Source: a virus
Lineage: Duplodnaviria; Caudoviricetes
Virus record (IMG/VR): IMGVR_UViG_3300035390_000014
Span: 138,720 to 202,719 of that record
Strand: one strand, 5' to 3'
Length of the DNA: 64,000 nucleotides
Part shown: positions 18,771 through 27,940 of the stretch, in pieces
Position numbering within the stretch: position 1 is the first letter of the stretch
Layout: the number at the start of each line of letters is the position of its first letter
Position numbers and translations under genes: made by a program
The notes under the pieces: generated by a model
What the model saw: only the letters and a program-made list of their open reading frames with translations
Database searches by the model: none
What the model was told of the DNA's origin: nothing

Positions 18771-19427
18771 ATGGAAACCGTTAAGCTAATCGAATGTATT
18801 AACACATGGCAGGGAGAAGGTGTAGATACCGGACAAAGAATGTTGTTGTGTAGATTTAAGTATTGTAATAGAAAATGTTCTTGGTGTGATACTCTTGTTA
18901 AAATGAGAGCAGTCCAGGAAGCTGAATTTAAATTGGCCAAACTTCAAGAAATTATAGATGAAGAACGCACTGGTTTAATGATAACAGGTGGTGAACCAAC
19001 ATTTTCAAGTCAGTTGCAACAAACAATTTCCATGTTAAATACTTTAGATTATCCTGTTGCTAATGTAGAAACAAATGGTTTAGGGTTGTTGGAATTGATT
19101 AAGGAAGTTAGTCATGATAAAAATGTTCATTATAGTTTTTCACCAAAATTATTCAATGATCAAGATATTGAAGATGCACTTGACTTAGCAGAAATACTTA
19201 GTTCTAACCCTAATGTATTTCTAAAAATTGTATTTGGATATGAAAAATTAACTATAGAATTTATTGAAGATGTTATTAAATTCTTTCCTGCAAATAGGAT
19301 TTATTTAATGCCTCTTGGTAAAGATAGAGATCAAATGTTTGGTAATGCTCCAGACGTATTTGATGCAGCAGAAAAGTATAAAACTAACATTAGTAGTCGT
19401 ATGCATCTTGTATATGATTTTGTGTAG
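18771..19427 (+). CDS. queE: 7-carboxy-7-deazaguanine synthase (radical SAM)
   Basis: TWQGEG, RFKYCNRKCSWCDT, ITGGEP, VETNG, SPKL, YLMP, RMHL; promoter at 18743-18758. Confidence 0.85.
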   Translation: METVKLIECINTWQGEGVDTGQRMLLCRFKYCNRKCSWCDTLVKMRAVQEAEFKLAKLQEIIDEERTGLMITGGEPTFSSQLQQTISMLNTLDYPVANVETNGLGLLELIKEVSHDKNVHYSFSPKLFNDQDIEDALDLAEILSSNPNVFLKIVFGYEKLTIEFIEDVIKFFPANRIYLMPLGKDRDQMFGNAPDVFDAAEKYKTNISSRMHLVYDFV

Positions 19428-19433
19428 TTTGTT

Positions 19434-19679
19434 ATGAAAAATAAAAAATTAATCGACTGGTTAAGTGAATACCCAGATGATTATGATATTAATTTTTCTC
19501 AATATACCTCAATAATTGACGAAGATACTGATGAAGAATATTTCATAGTTTTAGATGATCCAATTGTTGGTATATTGAAAAATGATGATACTAAAGAAAT
19601 TCGTTTATTCACAAGATCAAGTAAAGAGAGAGTTGTAAAACAAATAGAATCTGGTGAAAACTGGAAAAAATTAATTTAA
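19434..19679 (+). CDS. hypothetical protein, in frame with queE across its TAG
   Basis: ORF track; no obvious RBS. Confidence 0.55.
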   Translation: MKNKKLIDWLSEYPDDYDINFSQYTSIIDEDTDEEYFIVLDDPIVGILKNDDTKEIRLFTRSSKERVVKQIESGENWKKLI

Positions 19680-19691
19680 GGGGAACTAAAA

Positions 19692-20018
19692 ATGGGTATG
19701 ATTCCAATCGCAGTAGGTGACAATGTAATTTGTAAGGCAATCGCTGAAAGTATGAAAACAGATGGTGGTCTTTATATTCCATCAACTGCACAGAAACAGC
19801 TACCACAGAAAAATGCAGTAGTTGTATCAGTTGGTGAAAAATGTGAATCTATTTTTAAAACAGGAGACACAGTAGTTGTACATCAGCAAGCTGGACAAGC
19901 AATGGTATATGGTAAAGATGTTTATATGGTTTTTAAAGAACCAGAAATTTATGGTATTGTAGATAGAGCTGAGATGACCGAAGCAGAGGCTATTGACGAA
20001 ACTATGAAACGTAGATAA
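19692..20018 (+). CDS. groES: GroES-like co-chaperonin
   Basis: GDNVI...GGLYIPSTA...VVVSVG...GDTV pattern. Confidence 0.8.
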   Translation: MGMIPIAVGDNVICKAIAESMKTDGGLYIPSTAQKQLPQKNAVVVSVGEKCESIFKTGDTVVVHQQAGQAMVYGKDVYMVFKEPEIYGIVDRAEMTEAEAIDETMKRR

Positions 20019-20076
20019 ATAAAAATGGGGAAGTGTTATAGATATTTAATAACACTTCCCTTTTAAGGAGAATAAA

Positions 20077-20424
20077 ATGGGTGAAAAACCATATATAGAA
20101 ACTAAGCGAATTATGATTGATAGAAAATATAATCCTAAGTATGGTGACGATAAAATTTGTAAATGTGGTCATCCATATTATAGACATTTTGATAGTTATG
20201 AAAATATGAACCCTTGTGGTTGTAAATATTGTGATTGTTTTACATTTGAATTAAAAATAAATGTTGTTAATTATTTAGTTCATATTACTGATACTGGTAG
20301 ACGAACGATTGAATGTGAAACGAAAGAACAAGTTTACGATGCCCTTGGTGAAACATCATTAGGAGCATTATATGAAGTAACTAGTCCTACTGGTAAAGAT
20401 ATAGAAGAATTTATTCCATTTTAA
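20077..20424 (+). CDS. hypothetical protein with Cys motifs
   Basis: CKCGHPYYRH...CGCKYCDC. Confidence 0.6.
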   Translation: MGEKPYIETKRIMIDRKYNPKYGDDKICKCGHPYYRHFDSYENMNPCGCKYCDCFTFELKINVVNYLVHITDTGRRTIECETKEQVYDALGETSLGALYEVTSPTGKDIEEFIPF

Positions 20425-20434
20425 GGAGAAAAAA

Positions 20435-21100
20435 ATGATTTTAGTGAAACCAAGTTTTGAGATTAGAACTGATCTCGATGGTATGAAAATGCTTAGAAAC
20501 ATTGAAGAAGCTGGTAGAGTATGTTATAAATCAGAAGATAAAATTACTGATGAATCTGCTGAAAAATTTGTGAGAGGAATTATAAAAAGTGGTCATCATT
20601 CAGTGATTGAACATGAATCATTGAGCGTTAAATTTATTTGCGACCGTGGTGTTACTCATGAAATGGTAAGACATAGACTTGCTGCTTATTCTCAAGAAAG
20701 TACTAGATATTGTAACTATGGTAAAGATAAATTTAAAAATCAAGTTACTTATATTATTCCGGTTTGGTCAAATATTCCAGAAGGAGTGTACAACGATACA
20801 TATATTTGTAAAACAGGCGGTGAACAAATATGGTTTAATGCTATGCTTAATTTAGAACAAGATTATTTAAATCTTTTAAATGTAGGTTGGGTTCCTCAAC
20901 AGGCTAGATCTATTCTTCCAAACTCATTAAAAACTGAAATTGTAATGACATGTAACGTTAGAGAGTGGAGACATGTATTCAATTTAAGAACTTCAATGGC
21001 CGCTCACCCTCAAATTGTTGAAGTTATGAAACCACTACAACAAAAACTTCAAGAGATGGTCCCAGTAATTTTTGATCAGGAAAAGAAAGTTAATAAATAG
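20435..21100 (+). CDS. thyX: flavin-dependent thymidylate synthase
   Basis: HHSVIEH, RGVTHEMVRHR, SQESTRY, ARSILP, NVREWRH. Confidence 0.95.
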   Translation: MILVKPSFEIRTDLDGMKMLRNIEEAGRVCYKSEDKITDESAEKFVRGIIKSGHHSVIEHESLSVKFICDRGVTHEMVRHRLAAYSQESTRYCNYGKDKFKNQVTYIIPVWSNIPEGVYNDTYICKTGGEQIWFNAMLNLEQDYLNLLNVGWVPQQARSILPNSLKTEIVMTCNVREWRHVFNLRTSMAAHPQIVEVMKPLQQKLQEMVPVIFDQEKKVNK

Positions 21101-21109
21101 AGGTAACTA

Positions 21110-21853
21110 ATGGAAATTATATCCAAAGACATTAAAATAAATAAAGATCTTTTTGATCAAACTTATCCTTTACTAGATAAGTTTAAAACTTTAGCTCCAG
21201 GCACATTTAAACATTCCCAAAATGTAGTTAATATGTGTGAAACTGTAGCTGTTGAATTAGGACTTAATGTCGATGTTTTAAAAGCAGCAGCTTTATATCA
21301 CGATATAGGTAAGATGAATAATCCTACATATTTCGCTGAAAATCAAGGTGATGATAATATTCATGATACATTAGACCCACATGTTTCATATCAAATTATT
21401 TCGAGACATGTAGGTGATAGTGTTTTATATCTTATTCAAATAACTGATTTACCTTTTGAAGTTATAGATATTGTTTCCCAACATCATGGAAATACTGTTT
21501 TGCAAGCTTTCCATAATAAATCTAAAACTGAACCGGAAGATAAATTTAGATATAAATGTTCTAAACCAGAATCAGCAGAGGCATTAATTCTAATGTTATG
21601 TGATTCAGTTGAAGCAACAACAAGAGCTATGTATAATGCTGGAAATGGTAATGAAGATTTTATCAATAAAGCAATAGACGGTACTATATCTAGATTGATG
21701 GATGATCAACAATTAGACAATATGAAAATTGGCACGTTAAATACTACTAAAAAAATTCTTGTTAAAGAACTTGAAAGTATTTATCATAAACGAGTATCAT
21801 ATGAAGATGAAACACCAACAATAGCTGAAGCACGGATAGAAGAAAATAAATAG
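21110..21853 (+). CDS. HD (HDIG) phosphohydrolase resembling the soluble domain of PgpH-type 7TM-HD proteins
   Basis: HSQNV, YHDIGK..F.ENQ, QHHG, FRY, ILMLCDSVEA; no TM segments. Confidence 0.75.
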   Translation: MEIISKDIKINKDLFDQTYPLLDKFKTLAPGTFKHSQNVVNMCETVAVELGLNVDVLKAAALYHDIGKMNNPTYFAENQGDDNIHDTLDPHVSYQIISRHVGDSVLYLIQITDLPFEVIDIVSQHHGNTVLQAFHNKSKTEPEDKFRYKCSKPESAEALILMLCDSVEATTRAMYNAGNGNEDFINKAIDGTISRLMDDQQLDNMKIGTLNTTKKILVKELESIYHKRVSYEDETPTIAEARIEENK

Positions 21854-21921
21854 ATGTAGAAATTATTATGAAATTCAGTAACATATTATAAATATAATAT
21901 AAGCGAAAGAGTGAGGAAATT

Positions 21922-23316
21922 ATGTCAGATAGTAACTATGTATTAGCGGGATTTGAAACTTTAGCTACATACTTTAAAAATTTTTCAGTTAGAAATTTAC
22001 AAGGTAATTGGGATGATAATTTCACACCAGAAATTATGTCAAACTTTTTATCCCAGACATGTCATGGTTTCCTGCATTCTTTTGGTCAAAATTTTACAGG
22101 GAAAAAGAAATATGATAAATATGTAGCTACAGAGGCAGCATTATTTAGAGACTGTAGGGCATTTGGTATTTTTAATGATTGTAATTTTATAGCTGATAGT
22201 GGCGGTTTTCAAGCTTCTATTGGTCGTATTGATGAACATGAAACTGATAGACTTGTCGACTTATATCATGAGTTTTTGACCAATGAACATGATTGTATTG
22301 ACAAAGCTTTTATTCTCGATTTACCTCCGGGTCCTGGTTGTAAACTATTTAAGAATTTCGATGATGTTTATTATGGAAATGAGAGAACTTATAATCTTGC
22401 AAAAAATCTTCCAGATGAAGCAAGAGAAAAAGTTATTTATATTCACCACTTTAGAACTCCAAAACTATGGGATATATTCACTGATCTATTAAATTCGGAT
22501 GGGATGTTTGATGCATTTCAACATTTCGGTACTGGTGGTATTGTAGCTAATATGTCTTCTGATACTGCTATACCATGTATTATATATGTATTGCCATTAA
22601 TTCCTGTATTGAAAAAAGCTAAAGAAGCTGGTCGAAAAGAACTTGACTTTCATATTTTGGGCGGTGCTAATTTTAGAGATATCTTCTTCTATGAAATTTT
22701 TCAAAAGATTGTTAAAGAAACACATGATATTGAATTAAGAATTAGTTATGATAGCTCTGGTGTATTTAAAGGATTGATGCGTGGTCGAACAATGCATATT
22801 TTGGATGATCAAAATATTGTAAGAAAAATAGATGTTCGGTCTAATTGTCTTGATAAAGGATATATCACCAATGATAAAATGAATGTTGAAGATATTATTA
22901 AATATAAAATGGATGATATGTCTGATAGATTCAACTTAAAAAAATTAGATCCATTTCAAATATACTGTCCTGATTCAGGTACCTTCCCAGATAACTTTAG
23001 AATGTATGCTGCTATGTTAGTATTAAGGACATATGCAGATGTTCAATTAATGTTAAGACAAAAAGCACATGATCTATATCCAGTTTATCAATCAGGTGAT
23101 TTACAAGAATTTACCCAACAATGTTTGACCGTAACTCAAAATGTTAACCAGGGTAAAATAACTAGAAAACAAAAAGCTAAAACTAACTCATTAATTAATT
23201 CAATAAAAATGCTTGTTAACTTGGATGAAGATTATTGTAAATATATTGTTAATAAACATTTGGCAAAGGATGAGTTCACTGATTTAAATCATACAACAAG
23301 ATTACTAACGGTGTAA
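21922..23316 (+). CDS. TGT-fold transglycosylase, DpdA-like
   Basis: DSGGFQ, ILDLPP, HILGG and SYDSS motifs; promoter variant at 21877-21893. Confidence 0.7.
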   Translation: MSDSNYVLAGFETLATYFKNFSVRNLQGNWDDNFTPEIMSNFLSQTCHGFLHSFGQNFTGKKKYDKYVATEAALFRDCRAFGIFNDCNFIADSGGFQASIGRIDEHETDRLVDLYHEFLTNEHDCIDKAFILDLPPGPGCKLFKNFDDVYYGNERTYNLAKNLPDEAREKVIYIHHFRTPKLWDIFTDLLNSDGMFDAFQHFGTGGIVANMSSDTAIPCIIYVLPLIPVLKKAKEAGRKELDFHILGGANFRDIFFYEIFQKIVKETHDIELRISYDSSGVFKGLMRGRTMHILDDQNIVRKIDVRSNCLDKGYITNDKMNVEDIIKYKMDDMSDRFNLKKLDPFQIYCPDSGTFPDNFRMYAAMLVLRTYADVQLMLRQKAHDLYPVYQSGDLQEFTQQCLTVTQNVNQGKITRKQKAKTNSLINSIKMLVNLDEDYCKYIVNKHLAKDEFTDLNHTTRLLTV

Positions 23317-23318
23317 TT

Positions 23319-23678
23319 ATGGATAGAACACAGCCATTAGAACCAGGCGATGTTGTATGTGATCAATGTAATGGTACAGGAGAACCTGGTAATAATAAAA
23401 TTGATCCTGATGATAAACTTAGTATGGTTCCATGGTATTGTGATAAATGTGGCGGAACTGGGAAACTTGATTGGATAGAAAACATAACTGGAAGAAGATC
23501 AAGAATGTTTTCAATTAATTGGGAGAAAGAGTTTTCAACAGATTATACTTATAGAAGCGTTGAAGAGCAAAAAATGTTTGAAAAAGCAGCACAAAAAATT
23601 GCTGATGATATTGACCGAGATATTATAAAAAGGATTACAGATGGAGTTGAAACTGGAAGCTGGGGAAATAATTTGTGA
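23319..23678 (+). CDS. DnaJ-type Zn-finger protein
   Basis: CDQCNGTG...CDKCGGTGKLDWIENITG. Confidence 0.65.
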   Translation: MDRTQPLEPGDVVCDQCNGTGEPGNNKIDPDDKLSMVPWYCDKCGGTGKLDWIENITGRRSRMFSINWEKEFSTDYTYRSVEEQKMFEKAAQKIADDIDRDIIKRITDGVETGSWGNNL

Positions 23679-23985
23679 TAAATGCGATGGCAAAACATTT
23701 ATTCAATATACTGAAAAACGAGGTAATGGTTTCTATCCAATGAAAATGGTTTGTCCTAAATGTAAAGGTCATGGTAAATTAGATTGGGTAGAAAATATAA
23801 CTGGAACTAAAAAAGAAGAAAAAGATCCATACCCAAGTCTTGCAAATCATTTCATGACCTGGGGTTGGAGTGAACCAGAACCAACTAAAAAAACATACCA
23901 AGATATTAAATGGGATATAAATCCAAGGTTTAAAAAGCAATTAGAAAGACGTATGATAAAAGATTTAAACAAATCACGGAGGTGA
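23641..23985 (+). CDS. DnaJ-type Zn-finger protein, paralogue of the previous gene
   Basis: CDKCDG...CPKCKGHGKLDWVENITG. Confidence 0.65.
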   Translation: MELKLEAGEIICDKCDGKTFIQYTEKRGNGFYPMKMVCPKCKGHGKLDWVENITGTKKEEKDPYPSLANHFMTWGWSEPEPTKKTYQDIKWDINPRFKKQLERRMIKDLNKSRR

Positions 23986-23988
23986 TGT

Positions 23989-25560
23989 TTGATAACAGAA
24001 ACATTTCTAAATTCATGTTATAGTGTTGTTATAAACAAGACTATAAAAATTAAAAAAAATAAAGCATTATATAGAGATATCCTTTTAGTTTTAAATTTCC
24101 ATGAATCTAAAGAACAGCTTGAAATTCCTATGGGAGTAAAAACTAAATTTGATTGTTTAAAGAAAATATGTCAAATGAAGTTGGATGACAAGTCAACTCA
24201 AAATTCTATTGATAGTTTGATGTATAGTAAAAAATATCAAGGACTGGGAGATTTTTTAGAATTTAAAAGAACTGAAGTAATAAATGATACTAGTGCTGTT
24301 GACATAGTTAAACAAATTAGACTTAAAAAGACTTATAATTCTCTATTTGATAATTATGATAATTTAAGTACATTTGTTAATCAATTTAGAGATGGTTCAT
24401 TTGATAGTTTAGATGATTTAGCTTTGGATTATGAAAATATCATTCAACAAATGTATCTAAATATGATGAATGAAAAAAGAGGAGTTTCAATTGAGTCCTC
24501 AGCTTCATTAGATTTAGCAGCAGATGATTATACACATGTATTGGATTTAATTGTTAAAAAATATGAAAGAAAAAATACAACTCCAACTGGTTATGCAATT
24601 CTTGATAATGAAGTTTTAAATGGAGGTGGTGAACCGTCTCGTATCTACATAATTGCTGGAGCACCTGGATCAGGTAAATCAACTTTCTTAAATAATATAA
24701 TTGTTAATGCGGCAACTCAAAGTGTTGATTTATTTGAAGAGAAGAGAGATCCAGTCGAAGCAAAGGTAGAAGGTATTGAAAATGTTTATATTTATATAAC
24801 CCTTGAAAATACTATTGAGGAATCTCTATTAAGAACATATCAACCATTATTTAAAAAAGATAAAAATGATGTATTAAGAGATATATCAAATGGAGTTGAT
24901 ATAAAGAAAAAAATAAATGATAAGTTGAAAGCTTGTAAATCAACTATCATAATGAAGTATTTCCCTGCTATGAGCGTATCATCGTTAGATTTAATGGCTG
25001 TTGTTGATGATGCCATTGCTGAATATGGTAAAGGCACCATAAAGGGTTTATACGTTGATTATTTGGATTTAATGAAATGTGATACTAAATATGATATGTA
25101 TAGACTTGAGCTTGGTCATATCACATTATCAATGAAAACATTAGCAGTTGAATATAATATACCTGTGTGGCTTCCTACTCAATTGGGTAGAGGTGCATAT
25201 AGAGTTCAAAATGCAGGAGAGTTGAGTTTGGATCAAATTACAGAATCAGTTAAAAAGGTTGAGCATGCTGATTTTGTTTTATTGATGACAAGAGATCCAG
25301 TTAATGACAATAGAGTATATGGAAAAGTCGGTAAGAATAGAAGTGGTGTAAGTAATGTTAGTTTAGAGTTTGATGTTAATTTTGCACATTTTAGATTTAA
25401 TAGTGTTAGAAAAATTAACAATCCAGCAGCTCCAGATGCAATATCAAATCAACAACAAGCAAATAATTTTGTACCTATCCCAATATCAAATAAACCATTG
25501 ATTACTAAACCATCAAGTACTATTCCTAAAAGTTTTGGTGGGATGGGTGAAATTTTTTAA
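23989..25560 (+). CDS. replicative helicase, DnaB/T4 gp41-like
   Basis: Walker A GAPGSGKS, YITLEN, VDYLDLM, TQLGR, KNRSG; TTG start after GGAGG. Confidence 0.88.
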   Translation: MITETFLNSCYSVVINKTIKIKKNKALYRDILLVLNFHESKEQLEIPMGVKTKFDCLKKICQMKLDDKSTQNSIDSLMYSKKYQGLGDFLEFKRTEVINDTSAVDIVKQIRLKKTYNSLFDNYDNLSTFVNQFRDGSFDSLDDLALDYENIIQQMYLNMMNEKRGVSIESSASLDLAADDYTHVLDLIVKKYERKNTTPTGYAILDNEVLNGGGEPSRIYIIAGAPGSGKSTFLNNIIVNAATQSVDLFEEKRDPVEAKVEGIENVYIYITLENTIEESLLRTYQPLFKKDKNDVLRDISNGVDIKKKINDKLKACKSTIIMKYFPAMSVSSLDLMAVVDDAIAEYGKGTIKGLYVDYLDLMKCDTKYDMYRLELGHITLSMKTLAVEYNIPVWLPTQLGRGAYRVQNAGELSLDQITESVKKVEHADFVLLMTRDPVNDNRVYGKVGKNRSGVSNVSLEFDVNFAHFRFNSVRKINNPAAPDAISNQQQANNFVPIPISNKPLITKPSSTIPKSFGGMGEIF

Positions 25561-25661
25561 GAAACAAACTCACTTCAAGAAGACTTCCCATATAGAACAT
25601 ATAATAAAGTTAATCAGTTAAAAACATTTATTTGTATTATACACTATAAGGAGGAGTTATT

Positions 25662-26594
25662 ATGAATAAGAGAGTTAATTATATGGAGCTTTTAAAAGAA
25701 TCTGTTGCTGATCGTGCTCATGACACCACAAAATCAGTAGATGTAAAAGGCCCATTTTTGGATCCAATTCTTGGTTATGACGGTGGCGGAGAGCTTACTA
25801 CCTTTAAAGATGCTTCATCTATTTTAGAAAGATATTATTTCAATCAAGATGCTGACAAAGGTGTTTCTGTTACTAATGAAGATGCCACTATCCCACAAGT
25901 TGGTGATAACAAAGGTGCTTTAAAAGATGTTCCAGAAGACGTTGATAAATCTAAAGCAGATGCTAAAAAAGCAACTGAATTAAAAGAAGATGAATTGATG
26001 GAAGACGACCTTCTTGAAGATGATGTTGAAAATGCAGTTATTGAAAGATTAATTGCTGAGATGGAAGAAGATGAAGGTCTTCTTTTTGAAGATGAAGAAA
26101 TGTTAGAAGGAGAGAGTGCACCTCAAGACCCAGCTGCTAAATTTCATAAAACATCTGGTTTAGATGGTGATGATGAATCTATTGTTGATGGCGACGATCA
26201 TGATGGTGGAGAAGGTGCTGTTAAAAAAGCTACTTTCCCTGCTGGTTCTGACGGTGTTGGTAAAGGCATCAAAGCCGCTATGAAAGAAGATTTAGATATA
26301 TTTGACGATCTTCTTCAAATGGAAGCAGAAGATGCCGAGGCAGGTATTGTTCCTGGTGGAAAAGAAAAACCAGAAGACGATGAAGACGATGTGGTTGATG
26401 TTGATAAAGAAATGAAAGACGTCAAAGAATCTGGTTCGCCAATTGGTAACCCAGGTACTGCTGACGAATTTGAAAATCTTGAAGAAGCATTTGATATCTT
26501 TACAGAGGCAATGGAAGATGATGATGACGATGATGACGATGATGATGACGATGAAAAACCAGCTAAACTTGGTGATAAAGATATAGTAGTTTAA
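25662..26594 (+). CDS. highly acidic prohead core/scaffold-like protein
   Basis: Very D/E-rich with many (L/M/V/F)xE sites typical of gp21 substrates; promoter variant upstream. Confidence 0.55.
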   Translation: MNKRVNYMELLKESVADRAHDTTKSVDVKGPFLDPILGYDGGGELTTFKDASSILERYYFNQDADKGVSVTNEDATIPQVGDNKGALKDVPEDVDKSKADAKKATELKEDELMEDDLLEDDVENAVIERLIAEMEEDEGLLFEDEEMLEGESAPQDPAAKFHKTSGLDGDDESIVDGDDHDGGEGAVKKATFPAGSDGVGKGIKAAMKEDLDIFDDLLQMEAEDAEAGIVPGGKEKPEDDEDDVVDVDKEMKDVKESGSPIGNPGTADEFENLEEAFDIFTEAMEDDDDDDDDDDDDEKPAKLGDKDIVV

Positions 26595-26663
26595 ATAATT
26601 TAATACATGTGAGTGTGTATATCATGCTCACATGTATTAAAATCCGTAAGAAAAGGAATTATT

Positions 26664-26954
26664 ATGAAAGAGAAAATAATAAAAGTAAAAACTGTTAATA
26701 AAATGCTTCTTATAAAAGGAAAATTATCAAGAACTCCTTTAGAAGCAATTATTAAAAGCGAAACTGAGTTAAAACTCTTAAAAGCTTCAATGATACATCA
26801 ATGTATTGATTTTGTGGTAGAAGATTATATTAAACCAGAACCAATTAAAAAATCAATAGAAAAACCAATTGCTACAAAGAAAAAAATAGAAAAGAAAAAA
26901 ATAGAAAACCCTACAACTATACTTGAGAAATTATCAATTGAAACTGACGAATAA
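26664..26954 (+). CDS. hypothetical protein
   Basis: Start moved to ATG 26664 (AAGGA RBS). Confidence 0.55.
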   Translation: MKEKIIKVKTVNKMLLIKGKLSRTPLEAIIKSETELKLLKASMIHQCIDFVVEDYIKPEPIKKSIEKPIATKKKIEKKKIENPTTILEKLSIETDE

Positions 26955-26976
26955 TTTTTAATCACAGGAAAAATAA

Positions 26977-27279
26977 ATGAAAAAGATTATTAAAATTTTA
27001 CAAACGAATGTCGAACCACTATTGATTGTGGATGAAGATGATTCAGAATTAAATGAATATATTCAAAATCTTTCTAATCTATTATCAGTAGGACATGTAA
27101 CTATATTAGAAACAAGTTCTTCAAGTCATATTGTTAGACCACAAAAAATTATTTCTATAAGTGTTACTGAAGAAGGAACAAGAAAAAGAAAATATACTAA
27201 AAAGAAAGATATAAAAGAAGAACCAAAAGAAATTTCTATTGAAACTAAAATACATGAGGATATAATAACAGATGGATAA
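26977..27279 (+). CDS. hypothetical protein
   Basis: ORF track. Confidence 0.55.
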   Translation: MKKIIKILQTNVEPLLIVDEDDSELNEYIQNLSNLLSVGHVTILETSSSSHIVRPQKIISISVTEEGTRKRKYTKKKDIKEEPKEISIETKIHEDIITDG

Positions 27280-27721
27280 TATAAATCCTACAGCTATCAT
27301 TGGTATATTATCGGCAACCTTTATATTATTTATTTTTATAAAAAATATATTTAGACAAAGCCCTGATCAATATAAAAAAAGACAATCTTATGTTGACAAA
27401 CATGAACAATATATGAAAGTTCTTGATTACTATATGGAAAAAGCATTTGATATAATTTATAAAGATAGAATTTTAGTATATTCAATTTCTGGAACTAAAC
27501 CCGATGAAGAAGACATAAAAAAACATTCAATTGATTTTGCAAAATTGACATTGAAATTATTAGGTACTACTCTTGCAGAAGAGTATATTTATTTATACGG
27601 CGATGAAGATACATTTGTGTTTACTATTATAGAATATTTTAACACTAAAGCAGAGCATGACGAAATTAAACAAGCATCCATAAATAATATAATGGAAGGT
27701 TCAGATGACCAAATTATATGA
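27272..27721 (+). CDS. protein with one N-terminal TM helix
   Basis: AIIGILSATFILFIFI. Confidence 0.6.
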   Translation: MDNINPTAIIGILSATFILFIFIKNIFRQSPDQYKKRQSYVDKHEQYMKVLDYYMEKAFDIIYKDRILVYSISGTKPDEEDIKKHSIDFAKLTLKLLGTTLAEEYIYLYGDEDTFVFTIIEYFNTKAEHDEIKQASINNIMEGSDDQII

Positions 27722-27938
27722 GCAATTTTTTAATGAAGTAAAAAAACCTTCTATAACCTATGTCGATAAAAATGATAAAATCGACAGAGAAGTTGGTAGG
27801 TTATCTGTTCAAGTTTCTAGAGATAAAGAGGATGCTTTACATAAGAGAATGAAATTTCATAGAGACAAATATAAATATTATAAAAAACAAATCATGGACA
27901 AATATAGCTCGAAAGTTAAATCTCAAGCAAGGAAATAA
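27705..27938 (+). CDS. small basic protein, candidate internal head protein
   Basis: N-terminus MTKLYEQFFNE resembles the T4 capsid-targeting sequence. Confidence 0.5.
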   Translation: MTKLYEQFFNEVKKPSITYVDKNDKIDREVGRLSVQVSRDKEDALHKRMKFHRDKYKYYKKQIMDKYSSKVKSQARK

Positions 27939-27940
27939 AT

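Noticed and set aside
26515-26555. GAT/GAC trinucleotide repeat as a contingency locus
   Set aside because: It is an in-frame poly-Asp tract with mixed codons in an acidic scaffold-like protein.
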